Shown in pieces: positions 1 through 9,333 of a stretch of 64,000 nucleotides of DNA. The notes beneath the pieces were generated by a model. That model saw nothing but the letters and a program-made list of their open reading frames with translations, did not search any database and was not told the origin of the DNA. The stretch is from the NCBI GenBank assembly GCA_965205015.1, contig OZ242029.1, positions 3,136,001 to 3,200,000 on the forward strand, written 5' to 3'. The first letter of the stretch is position 1. Every line of letters begins with the position of its first letter. This DNA comes from Candidatus Poribacteria bacterium. Its GTDB lineage: Bacteria; Poribacteria; WGA-4E; WGA-3G. The translations under genes were made by a program, and so were the position numbers.

Positions 1-656
1 AAGAGACGATCGGATGGCCCGGACCTTGGCGGACACGCTACCTCAAGGACGAGGACCAGCAGACGACGAAAGCCGTCTTTATGCACAATCCCCATTTTTA
101 CTCCGCCGCATGGGGTCGGGTGATTTTCCACGAACGGCTGACGGGCGCGGTGCAATCGCTCATCGGTGATACCATTCAATGGCACCATACGGTGTTACAC
201 GCGAAACCACCGGAAAAAGGGACGCCGTTCCCGATGCACCAGGATTATCCGTTCTATCCACACGATGGACTCGACTTCGTTGATTGCCTCGTCCATCTGG
301 ATGATGCCCCGTTTGAGAGTGGGGCGCTGCGGGTTGTCCCCGGTAGTCATACGGAGGGACCCCGGGAACACATCACGGGTGAAGGAACGGCACCGCATCT
401 GCCGACTGATAAATTCCACCCGGATTTCATTGATTCGATCCCGATTCCGGCGGTGGCTGGGGATGTTATTTTCTTCAGTTATTGCTTGATCCATTGGTCT
501 GAAGTCAATCGGACGGATCAGTGGCGGAAAGCCGTTCGGTTCGGATACCACAAGCCTGAAATGCGACCCGTCGGCCGCGATCCGCAAGAGCCTTACAACA
601 ACATTATGGCGGGCGGGTTCAAATTGAATCCGGCTTCGGAAGAAATAATGGCTTAG
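1..656 (+). CDS. Phytanoyl-CoA dioxygenase (PhyH) family Fe(II)/2OG dioxygenase, 5'-truncated by the window
   Basis: Frame open from position 3, upstream of the listed Met at 81. Motifs KPP..GTPFPMHQD, VHLDDA...GALRVVPGSH, AGDV.FF...HWS..N...RK are typical of PhyH. Confidence 0.9.
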   Translation, partial: ETIGWPGPWRTRYLKDEDQQTTKAVFMHNPHFYSAAWGRVIFHERLTGAVQSLIGDTIQWHHTVLHAKPPEKGTPFPMHQDYPFYPHDGLDFVDCLVHLDDAPFESGALRVVPGSHTEGPREHITGEGTAPHLPTDKFHPDFIDSIPIPAVAGDVIFFSYCLIHWSEVNRTDQWRKAVRFGYHKPEMRPVGRDPQEPYNNIMAGGFKLNPASEEIMA

Positions 657-668
657 TGGGAATAGCGA

Positions 669-779
669 GTGGGCAGGCACAAGGCCTGCCCCTACAGTGT
701 TGGCAAGGAGGCAGTTGCTATCTGATGGGCGGGTACTGATGGGCAGGTACAAGACCTGCCCCTACAGTGTTGGCAAGGA
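669..779. repeat. Two direct copies of a GTAG-type REP-like palindrome (GGGCAGGcacaagnCCTGCCCCTACAgtgttggcaagga)
   Basis: Copies at ~669-709 and ~740-779. Hairpin GGGCAGG/CCTGCCC followed by CTAC (GTAG on the minus strand). Confidence 0.85.
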
Positions 780-782
780 ACT

Positions 783-2597
783 ATGACGCGTATTTTCCCA
801 AAACTCCTTTTATCTATTGTTACCATAGGTATATGTGTAATCTTCGCAGGGCGGACTGCTGCCCAAATGCCGTCACTCGCTGAACAGATATTTCAGAAAT
901 ACCAAAGGGACCTGCTCAGTGAGGACGTTCAAGCCGTCCTACCCGAAGTCCTTGTCGAACTGAAAAAAACCGAGAATCAAGATATTTTAACACCTGTTCT
1001 GATTGAGGCTGTTCTCGAAAACCCTGATCTCCTCAAAAGGATCATTCCAGCGATCAGCGATGAATTCATAACGTTACTAAAACAACAGGACTCCGACATC
1101 CGAATCTTATTCAGCGATCCAGATTTTCAAACCTTACTTCAAATGCCAGAAGCGATTGATGCGTTCGCTCGTCTCATTGAACCTGCCGAACCCTCTCTCG
1201 CAACCCAGATCTTTGAAAGGTACGAACGCTTCTTTCAACGCCAAGACATGCGGGAATTGCTCCCTGATTTCCTTACAGCACTTAAGCACCCAGACAGACA
1301 GGCACTCCTACGACCCACACTGATAAAACTGGTAACTGAAGATCCGGATTTATTGAAAGTCATTGCCCCAGAAATTGATGATAGATTCATAATACTCCTC
1401 AAGGCGGACCCTGAAGTCAATATCTTCATTAAGGATCCAGATCTGCATGTATTGCTCCAGGATCCTGATGGGATCAACGAGCTCATTGTGTTGTTGGACC
1501 TCGAAACGCTGGCAATCGTACGGATCGTGCCTGCCTCAATCGAGTCGCTCAATGTTGGAGATCCGTTTTCTGTTGCTGTTGTCATCGACAATGCGCGTAA
1601 TGTCCGGGGTTATCAGTTATCGGTCCAATTCGACCCGGAGGCGCTTCGCTACGTTTCGTGGCAGCAGGGAACCTATCTCTCCGGTGATGTCTTTGCTGCG
1701 CCTGCAACTGTTGAATCGGATCGGATATTCTTCGTCGTGACAGCCCCGACAAAATCGGCGAATACACAGGGGTTGCTCCTGGCGATAACGTTTGAAGTAG
1801 TTGCTGCAAAAGCGTCAATATTGTCCCTGAGTGATGTTATACTCGTGGGCGATGGGCGGATAGCGTTGCCTGTGACGACCGAAGATAGTCAGATAGCTAA
1901 ACCGATGCTTGTGGCAACTGAAGATAGCGTTGAACCGATGCCTGAGGGACCTGAGGCGGATGAGGCAGTTGCGCCGATGCCCGTGGAAACCGAAGGGCGT
2001 GAGATAGTTGAACCGATACCAGAAGAAACCGAAGGTAAAGTCGAACCGATGCCTGACGGAACTGAGGAGGGTGAGGTCGTTGAACCTACGCCCGTGGAAA
2101 CCGAAGGTAAAATCGAACCGGTGCCTGAGGGGACTGAGGCGGGCGTTGAGCCTGTGTCTGGGGAAACTGAAGATAGTGAGGTCGTTGAACCCACATCTGA
2201 GGAAACTACAGATGGTGAAACAGTCGAACCGGTGCCTGAGGGAACTGAGGCGGGAGTTGAGCCTGTGTCTGGGGAAACTGAAGATAGTGAGGTCGTTGAA
2301 CCGATGCCCGTAGAAACTGAAGATAGTGCGGTCGTTGAATCCACATCTGAGGAAACTAAAGATGGTGAAACAGTCGAACCGGTGCCTGAGGGGACTGAGA
2401 CTGAAGTTGAACGCTCGACACCGGCGTGGGACATCAACGAAGATCGTTTCGTCAACATCTTAGATCTTGTGTTAGTGAGATTAGATTTCGGACAGGAGGG
2501 ACCTACACCTGCCGATGTTAATGGGGATAACGTAGTAAATATCTTAGACTTGACGCTGGTTGCGAGTCATCTCGGTGAATACGACGAACAACCCTGA
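783..2597 (+). CDS. Secreted protein: duplicated helical N-terminal domain, cohesin domain, Glu/Pro-rich repeat linker, C-terminal dockerin-like domain
   Basis: Signal peptide. Cohesin-like segment VGDPFSVAVVIDNARNVRGYQLSVQFDPEAL...GLLLAITFEV. EPVPEGTE repeats. Twin EF-hand-like dockerin motifs DINEDRFVNILDL / DVNGDNVVNILDL. Confidence 0.85.
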   Translation: MTRIFPKLLLSIVTIGICVIFAGRTAAQMPSLAEQIFQKYQRDLLSEDVQAVLPEVLVELKKTENQDILTPVLIEAVLENPDLLKRIIPAISDEFITLLKQQDSDIRILFSDPDFQTLLQMPEAIDAFARLIEPAEPSLATQIFERYERFFQRQDMRELLPDFLTALKHPDRQALLRPTLIKLVTEDPDLLKVIAPEIDDRFIILLKADPEVNIFIKDPDLHVLLQDPDGINELIVLLDLETLAIVRIVPASIESLNVGDPFSVAVVIDNARNVRGYQLSVQFDPEALRYVSWQQGTYLSGDVFAAPATVESDRIFFVVTAPTKSANTQGLLLAITFEVVAAKASILSLSDVILVGDGRIALPVTTEDSQIAKPMLVATEDSVEPMPEGPEADEAVAPMPVETEGREIVEPIPEETEGKVEPMPDGTEEGEVVEPTPVETEGKIEPVPEGTEAGVEPVSGETEDSEVVEPTSEETTDGETVEPVPEGTEAGVEPVSGETEDSEVVEPMPVETEDSAVVESTSEETKDGETVEPVPEGTETEVERSTPAWDINEDRFVNILDLVLVRLDFGQEGPTPADVNGDNVVNILDLTLVASHLGEYDEQP

Positions 2598-2611
2598 AAA
2601 GAGAAAATTAT

Positions 2612-2637
2612 AGGGGCGGTTAGAAAACCACCCCTTT
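2612..2637. terminator. Hairpin between convergent genes, probable intrinsic terminator or REP remnant
   Basis: AGGGGCGGTT-agaa-AACCACCCCT followed by TT. Confidence 0.45.
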
Positions 2638-2645
2638 CAAAACCG

Positions 2646-3473
2646 TCAACGCCGTTTGAGGTTGCCCCAGGTGGTTGACAGTTTACCTCCCGGTTGAACC
2701 GCCAATCCTCCGATTGTGTTCATAGCGAGATTCATCTCATCAATGCTAATCACACGATCCCATATAAAGACTTCAGCGATAACTGCATTTAACCACTGTC
2801 CATCTTCACGGTGTGCGATGAACACAGGACGATCCCCTGCTTCACACGGACCGTTGCCGTTATCCCCTGCTTGCGCGACTGGACCTTTGGCACCGTCTAC
2901 GTAAACGCGCACGCCCTCGCCCAACAAAAATGTGCCGCATTGGTGGATCCACTTGCCTTGGGGTGCAGTGCCAGCGGTGCTCGGCTCTGAAACCCCTGCG
3001 CCGGGACACGTCCAAACCGACATTCCCGCACCGAAGTTGTCATAGATGTAGAGCGCGAACTCCCACTGTCCACCCGCACCTTTCATCACGATAGGTTGGC
3101 GGGTCTGTCCATGTGCATCTGTCCCAACCTTTAGCGGTTTCACCCAGGCGCAGATCGTAATCCCTTTCTTATCATCAAAATGCGAATCGATGTCCTCGCC
3201 CTGACCTGACATGTCAATCTTGACGTAGGTTTCCTTGCCATCAAACTCCAGGGCTTTTGAGATATCGTTGTGCTTGGCATCCACCGATTTTGGTGCGGAT
3301 TTACTCAGTTCTGTATCAAAGGCATGGGGTCCGTGGTCGGTGACCACTTGACCTGTTCCTTCGTTCAGCGGTAGATACATCCAAAGCCCATCTTCAATAT
3401 CCGCAGCATTCGCAAGAAAAGTTGGCACAGAAAACAGTGCTATTAATATCATAGAAAGTATAACCTGACGCAT
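2646..3473 (-). CDS. Secreted LamG-like (concanavalin A jellyroll) protein with C-terminal AVQPGGKLSTTWGNLKRR tail
   Basis: Signal peptide. LWMYLPLNEG.G, ALEFDG, ITICAWVKP, VYVDG and IAEVFIWDR motifs of Laminin_G_3. Confidence 0.85.
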   Translation of the reverse strand: MRQVILSMILIALFSVPTFLANAADIEDGLWMYLPLNEGTGQVVTDHGPHAFDTELSKSAPKSVDAKHNDISKALEFDGKETYVKIDMSGQGEDIDSHFDDKKGITICAWVKPLKVGTDAHGQTRQPIVMKGAGGQWEFALYIYDNFGAGMSVWTCPGAGVSEPSTAGTAPQGKWIHQCGTFLLGEGVRVYVDGAKGPVAQAGDNGNGPCEAGDRPVFIAHREDGQWLNAVIAEVFIWDRVISIDEMNLAMNTIGGLAVQPGGKLSTTWGNLKRR

Positions 3474-3526
3474 TTTTTCCTCCTTTGGAATTCAATTAAG
3501 TGGTTCTTTACAAAATCCTTTGTGAG

Positions 3527-4330
3527 TTACTTTTGACGCGCCACACGCGCCGTGGCAACCCGCAAGAGATTTTGTGTCTCAATGGCATTTGGATTTAGTT
3601 GTAAAGTTCTTTCAAAAGCCTGGATGGCTTCTGGATACGCTTCTGTTTTTGTATAGCAGACACCGAGTTCATGGTACGCCGTAGCGTTTGTGGGGTAGAT
3701 TTGCGTGACTGTAGTAAAGACCTCTACCGCACGGTTGAACCGTTCTGTTTCTCGATAGACGTAACCCAGCTGCATGAGTGCCTCGAGGAAGGCAGGTTGC
3801 CGAGTTATCGCCTTTTCAAGGGCACCGATGGCTTCAGGGAACATGCCTTTATGCCTATAAGCGAGACCGATCCCATAGTGTGCATAGACGAGTGTAGCAT
3901 CACGCGTAAGTGCTTTCTGGTACTCAGCGATCGCCTCATCGAGCCGTCCTGCGAGTCCGTAAGTTCTGCCCAAATCAACATAAGCCTCTGCCATGTCGGG
4001 TCGTAACTGAATAACACGCTTGTACGCGACAGTCGCCTCCGCGAGTTTCCCCTGCATCACATACACTGTACCTAAGTTATGATGCGCCTCAATTAATGTT
4101 GGTTTGATCTCAATAGCCCGTTGATAAGCCGCCACTGCCTCTTGCAGTCTGCCGGCACGTTGGTAAGCGGTTCCGCTGTTATTGTAGTCCTGCGCAGAGG
4201 GTGAAACCGATGCCTTCGCGGAGGTCGTAGCAGTCGGTTTTTTTTCAGTGGAAATCTTTTGGTTGTCTTGACATCCGATGGTTAACCCGAAGCTTAGCAG
4301 AAAGAGGCATCCGTACATCCATGTTTTCAT
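3527..4330 (-). CDS. TPR-repeat lipoprotein
   Basis: Lipobox-like LTIGC and about six TPR repeats (AYQRAIEIKP, AHHNLG, AYVDLG, AYHELG). Confidence 0.9.
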   Translation of the reverse strand: MKTWMYGCLFLLSFGLTIGCQDNQKISTEKKPTATTSAKASVSPSAQDYNNSGTAYQRAGRLQEAVAAYQRAIEIKPTLIEAHHNLGTVYVMQGKLAEATVAYKRVIQLRPDMAEAYVDLGRTYGLAGRLDEAIAEYQKALTRDATLVYAHYGIGLAYRHKGMFPEAIGALEKAITRQPAFLEALMQLGYVYRETERFNRAVEVFTTVTQIYPTNATAYHELGVCYTKTEAYPEAIQAFERTLQLNPNAIETQNLLRVATARVARQK

Positions 4331-5988
4331 TTTTTCGCCCCTCCTTCGACTATTTCTATGCGTTGATTCACCTCAAGTTCTACATACTGATCGATCTCAC
4401 CAGAGGGCCATAGGATTTCAAGTTGCGTAACCCTTTCGTTTTTCCCCACTCCGAAAGTCACTGTTATTTCACTTTGGGAACAGTAACTACCGCCGGTACG
4501 GACGATTTGTTGTTGAACGCTATCCCCCAAAGTTAACCGAACACGCGTCCCGATTCCATCGCGATTACTACGGGTCCCCAAAACCCTCACCTGCAGATAA
4601 TTAGAGGGAGGTTCGCTATCGTTACGGAGGAGCCGTATGCCCCCGTAATCTTTGGTAACGCCGTTATCGCTTACGAGCAGGTCCAAATCACCGTCATTAT
4701 CGTAATCGCCGTAGGCACACCCGCGCCCAACCCCTATGTGGTCGAGTCCGGTTGTCTTGGCGATGTCTCGAAACGTTCCATCTCTCTGATTTCGGAAGAG
4801 CGAAGGGGGTTGTGCGTAAGGCGTATGCTGCTGATAGCGCAGCACCTCCGGCTCAATGTGTCCATTAGTGCAAAACAGGTCGAGTGCTCCATCCAAATCG
4901 CAATCGAAAAACAGGGTCCCAAACGTCAAAGAACGGTAGCTTGGCTTCCCAATACCTGCTCTATCGGTTCTATCGGTAAAGTAAGCCGCACCCGGTTCAG
5001 CATAGAAAAATCCTGTTTTCTCATTGCTAAAATTACCGATAACGATTGCAGTCCCGCCATTGTTATAGACATCCGCTGCGTCAATCCCCATACTGCCGCG
5101 CGCTTTCCCTGTTTCACTGAAAGCGATCCCCATCAGCACGGCTTCGTCGGTAAAGGTGCTGTCCCCGTTATTGCGATACAAAAAATTAGGCTCGGTATCG
5201 TTCGCGACGGCAAGGTCGATCCATCCGTCGTGATTGTAATCGAGAAGGGTTACACCGAGCGACTTCCCCTTTGGATTGTACAGTCCTGCTTGTGAGGTCA
5301 TATCGGTGAACGTGCCGCTGCCTTGGTTACGGTAGAAACGACAGGATTGGCCCGGGTAGACAGTAGGTGTACAATAGGTCGGGTATTGTTTCTCGCCGAC
5401 CGGATTTACTGTACACGGGACATCTGTTTCAGGTGTCCATTCAACGTAGTTGCAAACAAACAGATCCAACCAACCGTCTCTGTCAGCATCGAAGAAAACT
5501 GCGCTTGTTGACCAATCGGAGCCGCCAACCTTTGCAAATTCGGTGGCATCTGTGAAAGTGTTGTCGCCGTTATTGCGAAAGAGTCGATTTGCACCTACAT
5601 TGGTAAAGTAGATATCGAGATCGGCATCGTTATCGTAATCAGCAGCGGCTATGCCCATACCGTACATCGGCACGTCGAGTCCTGCTGCCTCAGTGACATC
5701 AACAAACTGTCCGTTCCCGGCGTTTCGGTAGAGTTTCGGGGTATCCGTTGGACCTGCAGGTGTCAAACTCGTCCCGTTTGCGAGCAGGATGTCCAAATGA
5801 CCATCTGCATCGTAGTCCAAAAACGCGCAGCCTGCGCCCATGGTCTCAGGCATATACCGTTCACCGGTTGCTCCAGTGAAATGTCGGAATTCGATACTGG
5901 CTGCCTCAGTGACATCCGTAAATTTTACATCTGCTTCCAGAGGGATACATAAACAGACAAGAACGCACGAGACAACAAAAGTCTGCAT
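4327..5988 (-). CDS. CRTAC1 / ASPIC-UnbV family FG-GAP repeat protein
   Basis: Repeated DYDNDGDLD / FTDVT..AG motifs. C-terminal SNRDGIGTRV...GGSYCSQS...FGVG...WPSG ASPIC/UnbV domain. Overlaps the TPR gene by 4 nt. Confidence 0.92.
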   Translation of the reverse strand: MQTFVVSCVLVCLCIPLEADVKFTDVTEAASIEFRHFTGATGERYMPETMGAGCAFLDYDADGHLDILLANGTSLTPAGPTDTPKLYRNAGNGQFVDVTEAAGLDVPMYGMGIAAADYDNDADLDIYFTNVGANRLFRNNGDNTFTDATEFAKVGGSDWSTSAVFFDADRDGWLDLFVCNYVEWTPETDVPCTVNPVGEKQYPTYCTPTVYPGQSCRFYRNQGSGTFTDMTSQAGLYNPKGKSLGVTLLDYNHDGWIDLAVANDTEPNFLYRNNGDSTFTDEAVLMGIAFSETGKARGSMGIDAADVYNNGGTAIVIGNFSNEKTGFFYAEPGAAYFTDRTDRAGIGKPSYRSLTFGTLFFDCDLDGALDLFCTNGHIEPEVLRYQQHTPYAQPPSLFRNQRDGTFRDIAKTTGLDHIGVGRGCAYGDYDNDGDLDLLVSDNGVTKDYGGIRLLRNDSEPPSNYLQVRVLGTRSNRDGIGTRVRLTLGDSVQQQIVRTGGSYCSQSEITVTFGVGKNERVTQLEILWPSGEIDQYVELEVNQRIEIVEGGAKK

Positions 5989-6013
5989 GTTGGTTGTGTT
6001 TTCTTAACAGGGA

Positions 6014-7006
6014 TTAGGCTTTGTAAAATTCAACCGTTGTCCCTGCCATATCTTCCACTTTTTCTATCAATACCTGTCGTTCGTCATCGTCCATGCCTGT
6101 AAAGGTCTTCGCGATGTCAATTTTTTCTTGCATCTGTGTGGCATCGTCTGGACCGGTAACGAGTGTACTCACAGGCAGCGCCCAGACGAACCGGATCGCT
6201 TCAGAGACACTGACACGATTTGGGACAACTTTCGGGTTCACCCCGTGTTTGCCGTGCCGCGAACCGCCGAAAAAACCACCGTTCGCTAACGCCTTCATTC
6301 CGATCACACCAATATTTCGTTCAATGAGCGTCGGCACGACTCTCTCAATGAAACTCTCGTAACTGACATCGACGAGATTCATTGCTAATTGACAGGTGTC
6401 AAAAATATCGGTTTGTTCCAAGACGCGTTCATGCGCGGTTGGACTTACATGTCCAGTGAACCCGATATAGCGAGTCTTGCCAGTCGCCTTTGCTTCCAAC
6501 ATAACGTCAAGGATGCCGTTTTCAATCCGCTCATCAACATCGGCAGGATTCTGCACAGAGTGCATCTGCCAGAGGTCAAGTTGGTCGGTATTCAAGCGTG
6601 TGAGTGAACTTTCAAGGTGTTCCCATGCTTTCGTTGCGGTTCGCGCTGTTGTCTTTGTCATAAGAAACACATCATCGCGATATTTTGGGACCAGCAGTTT
6701 TCCGAGGCGGCTCTCGCTTCCCCCCGCTTGATAGGATTCAGCACTATCAAAGAAGCGCACGCCGCCTTCCAGAGCTGTCTCAATCGTTTTTTGGGCTTCT
6801 GATTCGCTCATTTCCCCGATATGCCACCCACCTACACCGAGCATCGTTACGGCTTCTCCGGTGCGTCCAAACCTCCGGGTCGGTAAGAGGTTACCCAAGC
6901 GATCACTCGCAGTTCCTTCTTCACCACCCTCTGCACATGAAGATGACAAGAGGACGCCTGTTGTCAAACTTGCCATTGATTTTAGAAATGCACGTCGGTC
7001 AATCAT
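6014..7006 (-). CDS. Aldo/keto reductase with twin-arginine (Tat) signal
   Basis: DRRAFLK Tat motif. FFDSAESY, FLMTKT, SLTRLNTDQLDLWQMH, GKTRYIGFTGH AKR motifs. Confidence 0.9.
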   Translation of the reverse strand: MIDRRAFLKSMASLTTGVLLSSSCAEGGEEGTASDRLGNLLPTRRFGRTGEAVTMLGVGGWHIGEMSESEAQKTIETALEGGVRFFDSAESYQAGGSESRLGKLLVPKYRDDVFLMTKTTARTATKAWEHLESSLTRLNTDQLDLWQMHSVQNPADVDERIENGILDVMLEAKATGKTRYIGFTGHVSPTAHERVLEQTDIFDTCQLAMNLVDVSYESFIERVVPTLIERNIGVIGMKALANGGFFGGSRHGKHGVNPKVVPNRVSVSEAIRFVWALPVSTLVTGPDDATQMQEKIDIAKTFTGMDDDERQVLIEKVEDMAGTTVEFYKA

Positions 7007-7141
7007 GGTTCATACCTCCGTTGTTTTCTTGTAAACATTTTAAATCAGTTCTGAATTTTTGTCAACTCTTTTTCAATTAGCGGTCAGCAGTCAGCAATTA
7101 GCCATTGATCGTTGGTGGTCAGGAATTATAGTAAGTCCCAC

Positions 7142-7343
7142 AATTACGTGGACATTGGGGCGAGGTTAGAAACCTCGCCAGCGGGCTGCAGGATGGTGTA
7201 ATTACGTGGACATTGGGGCGAGGTTAGAAACCTCGCCAGCGGGCTGCAGGATGGTGTAATTACGTGGACATTGGGGCGAGGTTAGAAACCTCGCCAGCGG
7301 GCTGCAGGATGGTGTAATTACGTGGACATTGGGGCGCGGTTAG
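7142..7343. repeat. Tandem 58 bp repeat (3 full copies plus a partial) with internal hairpin GGCGAGGTT-aga-AACCTCGCC
   Basis: Units start at 7142, 7200, 7258 and 7316. Full copies are identical with no unique spacers. Confidence 0.95.
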
Positions 7344-7435
7344 ATGAAGATTAAGGATTTAATTCGGTAATATGTGGGCAGGCACAAGACCTGCCCCTAC
7401 AATGCCAAAATTGAGGTGATATTCCCGAAGAAAGC

Positions 7436-7530
7436 GCATTTTAACCATCAACTCGGGTTTCCTTTGAATATTGTATCGGAGGCGAGTTGATGGTTAACCG
7501 CAAGTCCACACGCGACTTGCGCCATTGCGC
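7436..7530. repeat. 95 bp dispersed double-hairpin repeat, copy 1 (copy 2 at 18163-18257)
   Basis: One mismatch between copies by eye. Stems TTAACCATCAACTCG/CGAGTTGATGGTTAA and CGCAAGTC/GACTTGCG. Confidence 0.92.
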
Positions 7531-7727
7531 TACTACGAACCAAAGACGGCACAAAAACAGGTAAACTGCGTAAGTCCTATATAATAAGTATTGCGAGCGG
7601 GGGCTCGGTCCTACAGAAAAGGTGAATGTCAGATTTTTCCTTGATTTAAATAGTGTTGTGCGTTTATAATTAAGAGTCCAGCACAGTATGATTTTTTTAT
7701 TTTTCATACGGATACGGAATTTGCCAG

Positions 7728-8465
7728 ATGCAAAACGTTTTACGAAAGACAATCCCCGATAAACTCGTGGTGCTAACCTTTGACGACGGGTGCAAATCAC
7801 AGGCGACTTTCGCCGCGCCGATCCTCAAGGGGTATGGCTTCGGTGCAACTTTCTATATCACCGAAGGACTCAACTTCCTCACGAATAAAGAAGCCTATAT
7901 GACGTGGGAAGAAGTGAAAGGACTCCACGACGACGGTTTCGAGATTGGTAATCACACGCGCCATCACCGAAACGTCACACAACAACCCGCCGAGGAACTC
8001 AGGGCGGATTTAGCGCACATTGACGCCTGTTGCGAGACCTACGGTATCTCAAAGCCCACAACATTCTGTTATCCAGGTTATAGCCATGGGGCGGCAGCCG
8101 TCGAGGTTTTGGCTGGACACGGCTTTCATTTTGCACGACGCGGCGTTGCGCCAGAGTTCCCTTACAGTGGGGAAGGGGACCGGGGACCTGCTTACAATCC
8201 AGCGTTGCATCATCCGCTCCTGATTCCGACGACGGGTGCCGCCGGTCCGAATTGGAGTTTTGACGACTTTACATGGGCACTCGCCCAAGCGACAGATGGA
8301 AATATCACGGTCCTTACGTTCCACGGCGTGCCGGATATTGAGCATCCTTGGGTTCACATAGCGCCAGAGCAATTTGACGAATATATGGCGTATCTCTACG
8401 AAAACGATTACAAAGTCATCGCGCTCCGAGACCTCGCAGATTATGTAAACCCCCATGCACTGTGA
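7728..8465 (+). CDS. Polysaccharide deacetylase (CE4/NodB) family protein
   Basis: VLTFDDG, ATFYI, FEIGNHTRHH, FCYPG and LTFH motifs. Confidence 0.92.
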   Translation: MQNVLRKTIPDKLVVLTFDDGCKSQATFAAPILKGYGFGATFYITEGLNFLTNKEAYMTWEEVKGLHDDGFEIGNHTRHHRNVTQQPAEELRADLAHIDACCETYGISKPTTFCYPGYSHGAAAVEVLAGHGFHFARRGVAPEFPYSGEGDRGPAYNPALHHPLLIPTTGAAGPNWSFDDFTWALAQATDGNITVLTFHGVPDIEHPWVHIAPEQFDEYMAYLYENDYKVIALRDLADYVNPHAL

Positions 8466-8566
8466 GAGTTTGCGCAATGGATCCGTAAATATACTAAAAT
8501 AATACAGATGGAGATGAAAGATACAGCGGGCTTGTGTTGTAAGCGTGCCTGCTCACCTTATAAACT

Positions 8567-9100
8567 ATGCTAAAAGAATTTACAAATAGTCTAACCCGAT
8601 GGGATATGCTACTGTTTAACCGTATCTTTGGGTGGGGCGATAGAAGAATCCTGAATTGCTCATTTCGTGTCATCTCTTGGAGTGCTAACGGGTGTCTGTA
8701 TCCATTTCTGGTGTTATACGTGCACTTGACGTTCGGCTCAGTTACGAGCAAGCCACTCCTTCTCTCAGCGATACTTGCATTTCCACTTGAAAGACTCCTA
8801 TACCACTTCCTCAAACAGTCAATGAAACGCGACCGCCCCTACGAACGGATTGTCGACGTTCAGTTTCGTGTGCGTCCACCGGATCGTTTTAGTTTTCCAT
8901 CAGGGCACACCGCTTCTGCTTTCGTGATGATGGTGCTGTTATCGAACACCCTCCCCATTTTACAGATTCCGACGCTTTGTTGGGGAACGACAGTTGGTGT
9001 TGCGCGTGTGTATCTTGGGGTTCACTATCCGACGGATGTGCTCGCCGGTGCGCTCCTTGGGATATTCGCGGGGCAGATGGGTATGTGGTTCATGACGTAG
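8567..9100 (+). CDS. PAP2 family membrane phosphatase
   Basis: K...R.RP, SFPSGH and ARVYLGVHYPTDV motifs. Confidence 0.93.
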   Translation: MLKEFTNSLTRWDMLLFNRIFGWGDRRILNCSFRVISWSANGCLYPFLVLYVHLTFGSVTSKPLLLSAILAFPLERLLYHFLKQSMKRDRPYERIVDVQFRVRPPDRFSFPSGHTASAFVMMVLLSNTLPILQIPTLCWGTTVGVARVYLGVHYPTDVLAGALLGIFAGQMGMWFMT

Positions 9101-9120
9101 ACGGAAAACATTTTGTAGAC

Positions 9121-9320
9121 AGAGTCCCTGGTGGGACCGAGAAGATACTTGTCATTGACAGTGAACGATTAGAAGGCGAGGTTTTTCCACAGGAAACCTC
9201 GCCTATTAATTTTTATACGAGGGCACTCTGAAAAGCACAAAACACCCTCCTGCGCTGGCGAGGTTTGAAACCTCGCCTACGGGGGGGAGAATGTCTATTA
9301 ATTTTTAGGATTCACTATAA
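9121..9320. repeat. Composite REP/MITE-like intergenic region
   Basis: Two GGCGAGGTT...AACCTCGCC hairpins (~9175-9203, ~9257-9277). The end TGTCTATTAATTTTTAGGATTCACTATA resembles the inverted form of the TATAGT..CC.ACAATTA motif at 7126 and 29709. Confidence 0.65.
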
Positions 9321-9333
9321 ATCCATGTTCCCG

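Noticed and set aside
1889-2458. 189 aa Ser/Thr-rich minus-strand ORF
   Set aside because: Antisense shadow of the repetitive acidic linker of 783-2597.
7142-7343. Possible CRISPR array
   Set aside because: Units are identical over their whole 58 bp length, with no spacers.
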